NCBI RefSeq assembly: GCF_053078305.1
Contig: NZ_CP166879.1
DNA length: 64,000 nt
Strand: one strand, 5' to 3'
Shown here: piece by piece, positions 27,060 through 37,714 of the stretch
Layout of the letters: every line of letters begins with the position of its first letter
How positions within the stretch are numbered: position 1 is the stretch's first letter
Made by a program: the position numbers and the translations under genes
The notes under the pieces: model-generated
Seen by the model: the letters and a program-made list of their open reading frames with translations, nothing else
The model's database searches: none
What the model was told of the DNA's origin: nothing

Positions 27060-28536
27060 ATCCAATACGATCGTGAAGTATGTGGTGCCCTGTGTGGTGG
27101 TGGCGGGGATCCTGACGGGATTAAAAAGCTGTGGAGGAGATACCGGGGAGCCCTCGTCTGCGGAAAGCTCAGGAACGCTGGCCGGACTGTCACCGGATGA
27201 ACTGAAGGCCCTGGGCGTGGAAGGAGACACACCTGAAGATACCCTGCGCACACTGATTGGGCGTATGAATCAGGTGAGGGAGCGGCAACTGGTACTGGAC
27301 AAACAGAATGAAAAGTTGCTGAAAGAAAATGAAATGCTGCGCAAGCGGGGCACGGATGTTTCCGGTCAGGTCAGTGAGGCAGTGGCAGGATTGCAGAAAA
27401 ATTATGAGCAGTCGCAGCGCCAGTTCCGGAATGAACAGAACGCGTTAATGACACAGGTTCAGTCACTGACAGAGCAACTGAAGCGTCAGCAGGAGAGTGC
27501 TGATGCCGGCGCCGGAGGACAGGAGAGCGATATTCCAGCAGGTCTGGGCCTTGACGGACTGGGGAGCGTGACAGGATCGGCAGCCTCACCGGGAACGGAT
27601 GGTCTGATGTGGGTGACACCGGCCGATCAGGTGCAGGATGAAGCGTCGTCGGTGGGGGATAAGAGCGGACCGCGTTTTCCAGTCTCTTTTCTGGATGACA
27701 ATCCACTGACCCGTCAGAAAGCGGCTTATGAACAGCAGGTGAAGGGATACAGCAATGAACAGCAGAAGGCGAGCACCCGGGCAGTGTATACCCTGCCGGA
27801 GAACTCGACGCTGGCAGGCAGCCGGGCGATGACAGCGCTTCTGGGACGGGTTCCGGTGAACGGAACCGTGACGGATCCCTATCCGTTCAAGATCCTGGTG
27901 GGTAAGGATAACCTGACGGCAAACGGAATAGAGCTGCCGGATGTGGAAGGTGCAGTGGTGTCCGGTACTGCGAGTGGTGACTGGACGCTCTCCTGTGTCC
28001 GTGGGCAGGTGAACAGCATCACGTTTGTTTTTGCCGACGGGACAGTGCGTACGCTGCCGTCATCAGACGTGAACGGCAGCAGTAACGCACAGGCAAAAAA
28101 TAACAGCAGTACAGGAGGCATTGGCTGGATTTCGGATGATGACGGGATCCCGTGTATCAGCGGAACCCGTAAATCCAATGCCTCCACGTATCTGCCGACA
28201 ATATTTGCCCTGTCTGCAGCCGGCGCTGCGGGTGATGCACTGAGTGAGGGGCAGTACACCTCACAGAACAACGTCAATGGCATCACATCAACACTGACCG
28301 GCAGTGCCGGAGAGGCGGCACTTGGAAAAGCCCTGTCCGGCGGGATGAATGAAACCGCGGAATGGGTGAAACAGCGATACGGGCAGACGTTTGATGCCAT
28401 TTATGTTCCCCCGGGGCAGACGCTGGCGGTGCATATCACGCGTCAACTGGCCATTGATTATGAAGATCAGGGGCGCCGGGTACGTTACGACTTCACTCTG
28501 CCGGGGGAAGTCCACGGTACCGGTGGTCTGGACTGA
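27049..28536 (+). CDS. T4SS envelope-spanning protein (possible TraB/VirB10 analogue)
   Basis: N-terminal TM, coiled coil, large periplasmic C-terminal domain. The analogy is positional. Confidence 0.45.
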   Translation: MQIKSNTIVKYVVPCVVVAGILTGLKSCGGDTGEPSSAESSGTLAGLSPDELKALGVEGDTPEDTLRTLIGRMNQVRERQLVLDKQNEKLLKENEMLRKRGTDVSGQVSEAVAGLQKNYEQSQRQFRNEQNALMTQVQSLTEQLKRQQESADAGAGGQESDIPAGLGLDGLGSVTGSAASPGTDGLMWVTPADQVQDEASSVGDKSGPRFPVSFLDDNPLTRQKAAYEQQVKGYSNEQQKASTRAVYTLPENSTLAGSRAMTALLGRVPVNGTVTDPYPFKILVGKDNLTANGIELPDVEGAVVSGTASGDWTLSCVRGQVNSITFVFADGTVRTLPSSDVNGSSNAQAKNNSSTGGIGWISDDDGIPCISGTRKSNASTYLPTIFALSAAGAAGDALSEGQYTSQNNVNGITSTLTGSAGEAALGKALSGGMNETAEWVKQRYGQTFDAIYVPPGQTLAVHITRQLAIDYEDQGRRVRYDFTLPGEVHGTGGLD

Positions 28537-28550
28537 TGTAAGGAGATCCC

Positions 28551-28964
28551 GTGAAACGACAGTTATCTGTAATGACCGTCATGGTGGCGGTATTTATTCT
28601 GTCCGGCTGCTCGACATCGAAAGAGGAGCTTCTGCCTCCGGGTGAACAGAGTATGCTGGAGATCTGGCAGGGGAAAGGAAGCGGAGGACATTCGCGGCAC
28701 ATGACAGCGGCCAGGGACACCCTGCGGCGTCCGCTGACAATGCCGGAGCAGCAGGCAGATGCGCACGGAGCCATAAGCTACAGCCGGACACAGGAAAGTG
28801 AGATCAGTCAGCAGTTTCCGCGGCTGCCCAATCCTGACATGGTGATGTATGTTTTTCCGCATCTGGCTTCCGGTACGTCACCGGTTCCGGGGTACAGCAC
28901 AGTATTTCCTTTTTACAGCCGGACGCAGTATGCCATGCCGGGTGAACGAACGGAGGCGTTGTGA
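28551..28964 (+). CDS. T4SS lipoprotein
   Basis: Lipobox ILSGC. Confidence 0.6.
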   Translation: MKRQLSVMTVMVAVFILSGCSTSKEELLPPGEQSMLEIWQGKGSGGHSRHMTAARDTLRRPLTMPEQQADAHGAISYSRTQESEISQQFPRLPNPDMVMYVFPHLASGTSPVPGYSTVFPFYSRTQYAMPGERTEAL

Positions 28965-31798
28965 TGCGATTTTCCCTGTTTACAGACACAAAAAAACGGG
29001 TTTCTTCCCCGGTGTCGCAGCATGACGGAGAAGCGGTATCTCCGGATATGAAAGAAAGAGTGGACCCTCAGGTACGAAAGCCACTGTCAAGGCCGGGGAA
29101 GATGACCCGACAGGATGAGACGAAGGTTTACCATGCCTGTCCGTCGGTGATTGATTTTCTGCCATGGGTGGAATATCTGGACGAAGAGCAGTGCCTGCTG
29201 CTGGATGATGGGGTGTCGGTTGGTGCCGTGTATGAGGTGAGTCCGGCTGCTACGGAAGGGCGGACCGCAGAGCGTCTGGAGCAAATCCGGGATACGGTGG
29301 AGGATGCGCTGCAGGACAGTTTTGATGAATATGACTCACATCCCTGGGTGGTGCAGTTCTTCTGTCAGGATGAAAACGACGTGGACACGTATGTTGACCA
29401 GCTCAGGGGGTACGTGAAACCTCATGCAGAAGGCTCCTCATTTACGGAGGCCTGGCTGAGGGAGATGGAGCGCCATCTGAAGGGGATTGCCCGACCGGAA
29501 GGTCTGTTCAGGGATACGCTGGTCACAGGTCAGCCATGGCGTGGTCAGCAGCGGCGCACGAGGATGGTGATTTACCGGTGGATCGGGAAAAACAACCACG
29601 ATCCGATGCCGCCGGTGGCAATGCTGAACCAGGTCTGTTCGCGGGTCGTGGGGGCGCTGGGTGGCGCAGGCGTCCGCTGTACACGGATGAACGGGCAGCA
29701 GGTGCATGGCTGGCTGCTGAGGCTGTTCAATCCCCGGCCGGAATGGGTGGACAGGGATATTCTGTACCGTATGGCATCCCGTGCAGAACCGCAGGAGACA
29801 CCGGAGGGAATGATGCCGGTGATGACCGATTTTGCAGAAAGCCTCTGGTTCACCCCACCGGTATCTGATCCGGAAAACGGCGTGTGGTGGCTGGACGGGC
29901 TTCCGCATGCCGCTGTTGTGGTGGAGAAACTGCGCACACCACCGGAGCCGGGAACCATCACAGGGGAACAGGCCCGGGGCGAAAAGACAGTGAATGCCCT
30001 GATGGACACCTTTCCGGAGGGAACGGTGCTGTGTATGACAATTGTGGTCCAGCCACAGGACACACTGGAAGAGCGCTTCACGAGGTTGTCGAAAAATGCG
30101 GTCGGGGAGAACAGTGAATCCCTGCGTGCCCGGGAGGATGTGGCGACCGTGAAGAAATATCTGGGAAACCGGCACAAGCTCTACCGTGCCGGGATCACGT
30201 TTCTGCTGCGGGCAGAGGATATGGAGAGTCTGAAGCGCAGACGGGTTGAACTGACGACGGTGCTGCTGGGCGCGGGCTTACAGCCAGTGCGCCCGGAGTT
30301 TGATGTCGGACCGCTGAACAGCTGGCTGCGCGCGCTGCCCATGTGTTTTGATCCTGATACGGATAAAAAACAGTGGTACACGCGTCTGATGTGGGTACAG
30401 CATCTGGCAGGGCTCCTGCCGGTGACGGGAAGGGAAACCGGTACGGGGCATCCCGGATTCAGTTTCTTTAACCGTGGCGGGGATGTGCTGACCTTTGATC
30501 CGCTGAACAAGCTGGACCGGACCCAGAATGCACATCTGCTGCTTTTCGGGCCTACCGGAGCCGGTAAATCGGCCACGCTGTGTGGTTCGTTGTCGCAGAT
30601 AATGGCAGTTCATCGTCCCCGTCTGTTTATCGCTGAGGCCGGGAACTCGTTTGGTCTGCTGGCGGATTATTTTGAGAGTCTCGGGCTTTCGGTTAACAAA
30701 ATCAGTGTCAAACCGGGAACGGGGGTGTGTCTTCCTCCATTTGCGGATGCTCATCAACTGGTGGAGCAGGGAGAGACGCTGCAGAGTGTGGATGAGCATT
30801 CACTGCCCGATCTTGATGAAGATGAGGGGGATGAAGAGGCAGAGAAACGCGACATTCTGGGGGAGATGGAAATCTCTGCCCGCATGATGATCACCGGAGG
30901 GGATCCGAAAGAAGAAGCAGCGCTCAAACGTGCGGACAGGGCGATGATCCGTGAGGCACTGCTGATGGCCACGCACACCACGTACCGGGAGGGGCGTCAG
31001 ATGCTGCCGGTGGATCTGCAGAGTGCGTTGTGGGAAATTTCGCGGGACACTCAGCGTAATGATGTTCGCCGGGCTAAAGCCGCAGAGATGGCAGAGTCGC
31101 TGGGGATGTTCACCCAGCCGGGCAGTTTTGAAGCGGAGCTGTTTAACCGGGAAGGAAAACTGTGGCCGGAAGCGGATGTGACCCTGATTGATCTGGGGCA
31201 TCTTGCCCGTGAAGGTTATGAAGCCCAGATGGCACTGACCATGGTGTCAATGACCAATATGATTAACAACATTGCCGAGCGCGATCAGTATCTGGGACGG
31301 GATATTCTGTTTGTGGTGGATGAGGCGCATATCGTGACGGTAAACCCGCTTTTGTCCCCGTATATGACCAAAGTGGTGAAAATGTGGCGCAAGCTGGGGG
31401 CCTGGCTGTGGCTGGCCACGCAGAACCTGAAGGATTATCCGGATGTTTCAGAGAAGATGCTGAATATGGCAGAGTGGTGGGTGTGCCTGACCATGCCGCC
31501 GGAGGAAGTGAACAATATTGCCCGTTTTAAATCCCTGACGGAGGAGCAGAAGGCGGTACTGCTGTCAGCCAGTAAACTGTCCGGCTGCTATACGGAGGGG
31601 GTGGTACTGGCGAAGCGCACAGAAGCGTTGTTCCGGGTTGTGCCACCGAGTCTGTATCTGGCTCTGGGGATGACGGAGAAAGAAGAGAAGGCTGAACGCC
31701 GCGCCCTGATGAAGGTGCACCAGTGCAGCGAACTGGAAGCAGCGTTTCATGTGGCACGAAAGCTGGACGGGCTACGTGGTCTGGCTGGCAGGGAGTGA
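28961..31798 (+). CDS. conjugative transfer ATPase (VirB4/TraC-like, ICE class)
   Basis: 945 aa. Walker A GPTGAGKSAT, Walker B ILFVVDEAH. Confidence 0.85.
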   Translation: MMRFSLFTDTKKRVSSPVSQHDGEAVSPDMKERVDPQVRKPLSRPGKMTRQDETKVYHACPSVIDFLPWVEYLDEEQCLLLDDGVSVGAVYEVSPAATEGRTAERLEQIRDTVEDALQDSFDEYDSHPWVVQFFCQDENDVDTYVDQLRGYVKPHAEGSSFTEAWLREMERHLKGIARPEGLFRDTLVTGQPWRGQQRRTRMVIYRWIGKNNHDPMPPVAMLNQVCSRVVGALGGAGVRCTRMNGQQVHGWLLRLFNPRPEWVDRDILYRMASRAEPQETPEGMMPVMTDFAESLWFTPPVSDPENGVWWLDGLPHAAVVVEKLRTPPEPGTITGEQARGEKTVNALMDTFPEGTVLCMTIVVQPQDTLEERFTRLSKNAVGENSESLRAREDVATVKKYLGNRHKLYRAGITFLLRAEDMESLKRRRVELTTVLLGAGLQPVRPEFDVGPLNSWLRALPMCFDPDTDKKQWYTRLMWVQHLAGLLPVTGRETGTGHPGFSFFNRGGDVLTFDPLNKLDRTQNAHLLLFGPTGAGKSATLCGSLSQIMAVHRPRLFIAEAGNSFGLLADYFESLGLSVNKISVKPGTGVCLPPFADAHQLVEQGETLQSVDEHSLPDLDEDEGDEEAEKRDILGEMEISARMMITGGDPKEEAALKRADRAMIREALLMATHTTYREGRQMLPVDLQSALWEISRDTQRNDVRRAKAAEMAESLGMFTQPGSFEAELFNREGKLWPEADVTLIDLGHLAREGYEAQMALTMVSMTNMINNIAERDQYLGRDILFVVDEAHIVTVNPLLSPYMTKVVKMWRKLGAWLWLATQNLKDYPDVSEKMLNMAEWWVCLTMPPEEVNNIARFKSLTEEQKAVLLSASKLSGCYTEGVVLAKRTEALFRVVPPSLYLALGMTEKEEKAERRALMKVHQCSELEAAFHVARKLDGLRGLAGRE

Positions 31799-31802
31799 GA
31801 CT

Positions 31803-32180
31803 ATGCTGTGTCTGAAGTATCCGGAACCGGAAGTGGTGTCTGCTGTTCACCCCGCCGGAAGTGTGTTTGTTCTGCCGCCACAGGGTGCGCCGGGGATAAG
31901 TTGCACCACACGGGATAATCTTGAACGTCTTCGCGGGCATCTGGCGGCGCAACTGGGGCGGGTGGAGTGTATCCGTTGCCAGCCACAGAGGGTGGGTCTG
32001 AACAGCAGTGTGGCGGTGATGCTGGAAGGTCAGCGGGGTCAGTATGTGCATATTCTGCTTACTGTGAGTGGGCATGAGAGCTGGCCGTCGGAGGAGGAGT
32101 ATATTCATCCCCGCTGGTATATATCAGTGACTGATGCGGCGGATTTGTTCTATCTGCTGTTGTGGCTGGGAGAGGGGTGA
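31803..32180 (+). CDS. hypothetical protein (125 aa)
   Basis: ATG after GGGAG; the track ORF extends upstream in frame. Confidence 0.45.
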   Translation: MLCLKYPEPEVVSAVHPAGSVFVLPPQGAPGISCTTRDNLERLRGHLAAQLGRVECIRCQPQRVGLNSSVAVMLEGQRGQYVHILLTVSGHESWPSEEEYIHPRWYISVTDAADLFYLLLWLGEG

Positions 32181-32181
32181 T

Positions 32182-32397
32182 ATGAGGAGCGATATCGATT
32201 TTCCGGGACCACTGTATCCATCGCTGTCAGATCAAATTGCCAGTGAACCTGTGCTGTTTCTGGCGGGAGCTGTGGGTGTGGCTGTGTTTTCATGGGTGCT
32301 TGCGAATTTTTCATGGATGCTTACGAATGTACTGGCCCGGATGCTGTCAGGGTTGTACTCCCGTGTCAGGAGGAGGGTAAAGAACTCTGAAAAATAG
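32182..32397 (+). CDS. small membrane protein (71 aa)
   Basis: One or two TMs (PVLFLAGAVGVAVFSWVLANFSWML). Confidence 0.4.
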   Translation: MRSDIDFPGPLYPSLSDQIASEPVLFLAGAVGVAVFSWVLANFSWMLTNVLARMLSGLYSRVRRRVKNSEK

Positions 32398-32521
32398 CGG
32401 GAGAGAGGTGCTGCCCTGATGCCTTCGTTGTATTCTGCGACGCTGTTGGTGCCCGTATTTTGTGCGGGTACCGTACAGAATCACCGCATGAGCCATTGCT
32501 GAGACGCTCACTTTTTTTCGC

Positions 32522-32767
32522 ATGCATTACCGGAGTGATGGCTCAGCCGGTGATTTTGGTGTTGAGATGAGAGCCAGTATGGGAAAGCGATATAAAATAA
32601 CTGCGACAATAATCAAACCAGGCAATATGCCGGTTCAGTGGCTGCGTTACCAGGATGAAAAAATGACTCAGGATGAATGTGAAAAACTGTTTGCGCCCGC
32701 AAAAGAGCCGGGACGGTATATTGGCGTCAGGGTGGAGGACTTCCGGTGTGAAGTGGTGAAGGCCTGA
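32522..32767 (+). CDS. hypothetical protein; start uncertain (32522, 32567 or 32579)
   Basis: Track ORF only. Confidence 0.3.
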   Translation: MHYRSDGSAGDFGVEMRASMGKRYKITATIIKPGNMPVQWLRYQDEKMTQDECEKLFAPAKEPGRYIGVRVEDFRCEVVKA

Positions 32768-33151
32768 GTATGAAAATAAAAACCTCCGGCGGAGTCGGAG
32801 GGGGCAAAAACAGATAGTCCCGGAGTGTATCTGTGTAAATGGTGTTATTGGTATAATAATGGTGGTAAAGACCACGGGAGAATTTATTCATTTTATTCGT
32901 CATGAAATCAACGGTAATAGTGTGTTTCTGTGACGGGAATAAAAAAATACAGCACCGCCGATGACCCGGTGCTGAAAACAGGTTAAATGTAGTGGGCACA
33001 TTTCCGGTAATATCAGGAACAGCATGTTATGGTTATAAAAGCATATACCGGGAGTGTGCCCTGGCACTGTGATGTTCTGGTTGTCTTTTGACCATTTTCC
33101 GGGGACGAAATATAAGCTGTTCTGCGTTAACACTTAATAATGAGAGATTGT

Positions 33152-33601
33152 ATGCTGAAAAAAACAATTCTGGCGTTATGTATTTCCGCACCATTTCTGG
33201 TTGCGGGCTGTGATGATGCGACAAAGGAGAATGTAAGTAAGAAGGCGGCAGATATAAAGGAAGCTGCGCAGACTCAACTCAGTGATGTGAAGGATGCCGC
33301 GGAGGAAGTGAAAATGCAGGCTGTCGGAAAGGTGGCAGAGGTTTCTGAAGCGGCTCAGTCCGGGCTCAGCGAGGTGAAGGATGCCGTGGAGGAAGTGAAA
33401 ACACAGGCAGCCGGAAAGGTGGCAGAGGTCTCTGAAGCGGCTCAGTCCGGGCTCAGCGAGGTGAAGGATGCCGTGGAGGAAGTAAAAACACAGGCAGCCA
33501 GAAAGGTGGCAGAGGTCTCTGAAGCGACTCAGTCCGGTCTCAGTGATGTGAAGGATACCGCTCCTGAAAAGGGGGCTGAAATATCCGTAACGGAGGAGTA
33601 A
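33152..33601 (+). CDS. lipoprotein with three 28-aa LEA/apolipoprotein-like amphipathic repeats
   Basis: Lipobox LVAGC. An 84-bp DNA repeat encodes VAEVSEAAQSGLSEVKDAVEEVKTQAAGK three times. Confidence 0.6.
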   Translation: MLKKTILALCISAPFLVAGCDDATKENVSKKAADIKEAAQTQLSDVKDAAEEVKMQAVGKVAEVSEAAQSGLSEVKDAVEEVKTQAAGKVAEVSEAAQSGLSEVKDAVEEVKTQAARKVAEVSEATQSGLSDVKDTAPEKGAEISVTEE

Positions 33602-33705
33602 AAGAGCGCCGTCGGTGCAGTTTTTTTCAGCACCCGGTGACACGGAATTTTATATACGGGGCATGTCTGTCTCTTTAATAAATCAGCATATTTACCGGAT
33701 ATCCG

Positions 33706-34425
33706 ATGCCCTGTACCTGCGCTGTCATTATGGCTCTCAAACAGACAATGCTTTGTCTGGAGCACAGGAACTCTGTCATACCTGCCGGCACAATGCTTCT
33801 GATTGCCGGGCATCTGCGCCCTGCTTTTCAGGCTCATACCGGACGTTTCCTTATCGCTGACCTCAGTGAGGAGGTGGTGAGGCGGTATCTGCGGTTCTGC
33901 ACGCCATTATCCGGTATGGCAGTCAGCCCGTCGTCTTTGCTTTTACAGATCCGGCCACAGATGTCCGTGCTGGCGGAATGTCTGATCAGACAACTTATTA
34001 CAGATGAACCATCGCCGGTGTACTTCAGGGATGCGGTGGCTTTTTCCAGTCTGGCGCTGTTTGAGGAACATCCGGATTTCCATGCCCTGCTCACGGGGTG
34101 TATCCGGAGCTGCACTGTCCGGGTGAAGAATATTATCAGTGCTGATTTGTCCCGTCCATGGATGCTGGGTGAAGTGGCCAGTCTGTTATATATAAGTGAG
34201 AGTTTACTGAAGAAAAAGCTTCAGGAAGAGCTGACGACCTTCAGTGAGCTTCTTCTGAAAGAGAGAATGCAGTATGCCGTTCAGCTTTTGTCTGCGGGAG
34301 AAAACCGTATTTCCCGGGTGGCAGAGTTGTGTGGCTATGCCAGTGCTTCTTATTTTATTTCTGTGTTCAGGCGTTATTATAGTATTACCCCGAATCAGTG
34401 GCTTCCTGTGATGCAACCGGATTAA
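33706..34425 (+). CDS. AraC-family transcriptional regulator
   Basis: C-terminal double HTH: LGEVASLLYISESLLKKKL... and ISRVAELCGYASASYFISVFRRYYSITPNQW. Confidence 0.7.
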   Translation: MPCTCAVIMALKQTMLCLEHRNSVIPAGTMLLIAGHLRPAFQAHTGRFLIADLSEEVVRRYLRFCTPLSGMAVSPSSLLLQIRPQMSVLAECLIRQLITDEPSPVYFRDAVAFSSLALFEEHPDFHALLTGCIRSCTVRVKNIISADLSRPWMLGEVASLLYISESLLKKKLQEELTTFSELLLKERMQYAVQLLSAGENRISRVAELCGYASASYFISVFRRYYSITPNQWLPVMQPD

Positions 34426-34560
34426 TTTGATTCAGATGCAGAGTGTGCGTTATTCAGAGGAAGAGGCTTAATTTTTATCATCCGGTTTTGAATTTATTGC
34501 TGATTGTCCCTTTGCCTTTGCGCACGCTGTCAGATACCAGTTGTCTGACGGAGTCGCATC

Positions 34561-34956
34561 ATGTACCGACTGTTACTGTATTCCTTCCTGATACTACCGG
34601 TGGCAGCATCTGCCGGTACAACAATTTATACCGATTCGCACCAGCGCCCCATGAACCCGCCAGCAGGTGTTCGTGTTGTCCTGCTTGATGCTCCTGAGCA
34701 GACGCAGGATACATTTTTCGGGGTACTTCCCGCAGAGCCTGCAGAAGCATCTGCCCGTGTCATGGAACGGATGCAGTCGCCTGAATGGCAGTCGTTTCAG
34801 GCAGGGCTTGCTGAACACTACCGTGCATTAGCACATGCCTGGTCCCTTGGACTGAAAAAATATCCGGCTGTGGTTTTTGATGACAGTGAAGTGGTCTACG
34901 GAACCACAGACGTGGTGCTGGCAGAACAACTGCGTACAGGGGGAGGGCAGCCATGA
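34561..34956 (+). CDS. ICE periplasmic protein (DUF1525-like)
   Basis: Signal peptide; position upstream of the TraU-like gene. Confidence 0.45.
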   Translation: MYRLLLYSFLILPVAASAGTTIYTDSHQRPMNPPAGVRVVLLDAPEQTQDTFFGVLPAEPAEASARVMERMQSPEWQSFQAGLAEHYRALAHAWSLGLKKYPAVVFDDSEVVYGTTDVVLAEQLRTGGGQP

Positions 34957-35927
34957 TTTCCTGCACATCACGTCATCGCGCCGGTGTTCTGCTGTTAAGT
35001 ATGGCGGTATTGCCGGTGGCAGAGGCATCGCTGAACACCGCGCAGATAGTGGCCAGTGCAGCCTCACAGAGCTGTATCAGCTGGCGGGTCAGCGGGATTT
35101 GCTACTGGCTGTTCTGCACCAAATTCAGTTGCAAGGTCAGAACATCAGTGAAAGTTTCCCATTATATCCCGGAAGTGGTTGTTTCCACCTATACCGCACC
35201 TGGCGGAAATCCCTGGCGTGAAATGTCGGCGGTCAGCAGTACAGCCGGTGGTCCGGAGAATGCCATAAGCAAAGGTATTGCCGGTCTGTCAGCAGGAGGA
35301 GGGAACCCCGCAGACATGAAGGTACAGGGGGAACGTCGTTCGTCAATCCGTTTTAAATATGCCGATGCAACAGGGCACCCGGCCACCACGCTTATCGGAG
35401 GGATGGTGCCGGGATATTCCTGTGAGTCACCGGTGACACCTTTTGTTCCTTATTTTCTCAGTACGCTTGACAGTATTGCCTGGCGTACAGGACTGCCGGA
35501 GTCACTGTACCCGGAGGCCCTGATCCCCGGTAAACGCGAAATAGGCAGCCAGGAAGAAGAGAATATGTGGGGCAATGTGTATCCCCGCTCCGGGTTCGTG
35601 ACCCAGACAGATGATGATAAAGCTGCTGCGGTGGTGGCCCAGCGGGTGGCTGACATTATCACCCGCACCGGTGAGCCACATGTCTATCAGCCGGTGAAAG
35701 CAGGGAAGAAGGACGGTTACTGGCCACCGGATCCGGTGGAGGAAAATACGGGCACCCGGAACCATAAATGGCAGAGACTGACGCCTTCAGTCTCCACGTC
35801 CTGCGCAGTCTTCCCTGACGGAGAGCATGAAGCGGCTGAAACAGGTAATGCTGCCTTTGCCCTGTGGCAGCCCTACAGTTGCTGCAAGAAACGGGGACAG
35901 ACATTCCTGGGCAGTACGAATTTTTAA
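34953..35927 (+). CDS. TraU-like mating-pair assembly protein
   Basis: Signal peptide; Cys/Trp-rich SCISWRVSGICYWLFC motif typical of the TraU family (from memory). Confidence 0.55.
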   Translation: MISCTSRHRAGVLLLSMAVLPVAEASLNTAQIVASAASQSCISWRVSGICYWLFCTKFSCKVRTSVKVSHYIPEVVVSTYTAPGGNPWREMSAVSSTAGGPENAISKGIAGLSAGGGNPADMKVQGERRSSIRFKYADATGHPATTLIGGMVPGYSCESPVTPFVPYFLSTLDSIAWRTGLPESLYPEALIPGKREIGSQEEENMWGNVYPRSGFVTQTDDDKAAAVVAQRVADIITRTGEPHVYQPVKAGKKDGYWPPDPVEENTGTRNHKWQRLTPSVSTSCAVFPDGEHEAAETGNAAFALWQPYSCCKKRGQTFLGSTNF

Positions 35928-35937
35928 GTAAGGGGAA

Positions 35938-37362
35938 GTGATGAAACAGAAAATGACGATACCTGTTCTGGCTGTGGTGCTTTGTGCGGGTACGGTACAG
36001 GCTGACGGAAACTTTTTGTCCCTGCCGAAAGTGAATGACAGTGCGTTTGGCTACGGTAAATCCGTGGACGGCGCAGTATCAGACAAACTGTTTTATACCC
36101 TGGGAGGGGGCTCGGTGATATCGCAGCCGGCAACGCGCAGCAATATGCAGAAACTTGGGGTGGATCTCGGGTGGAGCAGTGATCTGATGTGTGGCAATTT
36201 TGACCTGAAAACAACAGTGGGTAACCAGCTGAACGGGATCACTGATGGTTTCAAAAACCTGATGGGGGATGTGATTCAGGGGGCGAGCGGAGCCGTGGCG
36301 AGTCTGCCGGCAATGGTGATACAGCGGGCTAATCCGGGGCTGTATGACATGCTGACCAACGGTGTACTGCAGGCGAATGTGGCATTCGACAAAGCGCAGC
36401 TCAATTGTCAGAACATGGCGAAACGCATGATGGAGTTCACGGACAGCAATAAGTGGACGCAGGCGGCCATGCTCGAGGAGTACAAAAAAATTGTGAATAC
36501 GGGGGACGGTGATGCGATCAAAGGGGATGAAGCAGGTCGTCAGGTTACCGGGGAGGAGGGGCAACGCTGGATCGGAGGGCAGCAGCGTGGTGGAGCGGGA
36601 CAGTCTGCTATCCGGCCGACACATGATCTGACAGCTGCCGGTTTCAATATGATGAACAGTCTGCCTTCGACCAGTACATCCAGTGTCAGTCCCGGGAACT
36701 GTAACGGGAGTGCCTGCATGAAATACCGTAATGCAGAGGAAGCTGCCCGGGCGGTGGTGAAGGTTCTGGGGGATAAATCCATGCGGACCTGTGGTGATGC
36801 AAAGGCATGTACCAGCGGGGATGCTGATCAGCAGCCGGGGACCAGTATTGCCGGCACGGGGTTTGCGCCGATGCTTGAAGAAGCGACGCGGGTTAACACG
36901 GAACTGCTGGCAGGTATGGTCAATGGTCGTGACAAGCCGACAGCCGGGAATCTGGCAAAACTGAAAGCCGGGAGTCTGTCTGTGACAGCGGGAGTGATCC
37001 GTGCCCTGCAGCGTGATCCGGACAATGGTGCCCTGACGTCGCGTCTGGCGGGAGAACTGGCCATGGCGGATACCGTTGAAACGGCGCTGCTGATGCGCAG
37101 GATGCTGCTCACGGGGATGGCCGAGCCGTATGCTGCAGCTCAGCCTGCTGCACTGGAAGAGGGGGAACGCCGTATTGAGGCGCTGGATCGGGAAATTATG
37201 GCGCTGAAAAACGAGATGGAGCTGAAGCGGGATCTGGCGCGTAACAGTGTTCTGACCATCATTGAACGGGATAACGAGCGTGTGGGGAATAACCCGATGA
37301 TCCAGCAGGCTGACAATGCTGACAGCCGTATCCATTCTCTCGATGCCCCGGATAAGGAGTGA
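35938..37362 (+). CDS. ICE periplasmic protein (PFL_4711-like)
   Basis: Signal peptide; 474 aa; conserved position between the TraU-like and TraG-like genes. Confidence 0.45.
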   Translation: MMKQKMTIPVLAVVLCAGTVQADGNFLSLPKVNDSAFGYGKSVDGAVSDKLFYTLGGGSVISQPATRSNMQKLGVDLGWSSDLMCGNFDLKTTVGNQLNGITDGFKNLMGDVIQGASGAVASLPAMVIQRANPGLYDMLTNGVLQANVAFDKAQLNCQNMAKRMMEFTDSNKWTQAAMLEEYKKIVNTGDGDAIKGDEAGRQVTGEEGQRWIGGQQRGGAGQSAIRPTHDLTAAGFNMMNSLPSTSTSSVSPGNCNGSACMKYRNAEEAARAVVKVLGDKSMRTCGDAKACTSGDADQQPGTSIAGTGFAPMLEEATRVNTELLAGMVNGRDKPTAGNLAKLKAGSLSVTAGVIRALQRDPDNGALTSRLAGELAMADTVETALLMRRMLLTGMAEPYAAAQPAALEEGERRIEALDREIMALKNEMELKRDLARNSVLTIIERDNERVGNNPMIQQADNADSRIHSLDAPDKE

Positions 37363-37366
37363 GAGG

Positions 37367-37708
37367 ATGAGCAGAATTTATGGCCGGGTGAAAAAGAGGA
37401 TGAAGGTATTCGCCCTGTATACGCTGTTGCTGACAGGGATTACCGTGTTTTCCCTCTGGCTGGCCGATACCGGTATACGTCACGCAGAAGGATTTGCGGC
37501 CCTGCGGGAGTGGATGTATGAGACACGTTATGGCTGGCTGGGATGGCGTCTGTGTCTTTACAGTGCGATCGGATGGCTGGGGTGGAGGATCTGGCATGCG
37601 CCGGGGTTCAGGGCAGAATACCGGGCTTCTTTTCTGCGTATGGCCACAGTCAGTGTTCTGTTTATCCTGCTGTGTGAATACGCCATTTTTGCTGAGCCGG
37701 GGCGTTGA
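37367..37708 (+). CDS. membrane protein (113 aa)
   Basis: ATG after GAGAGG; three TMs. Confidence 0.45.
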   Translation: MSRIYGRVKKRMKVFALYTLLLTGITVFSLWLADTGIRHAEGFAALREWMYETRYGWLGWRLCLYSAIGWLGWRIWHAPGFRAEYRASFLRMATVSVLFILLCEYAIFAEPGR

Positions 37709-37714
37709 GCAATC

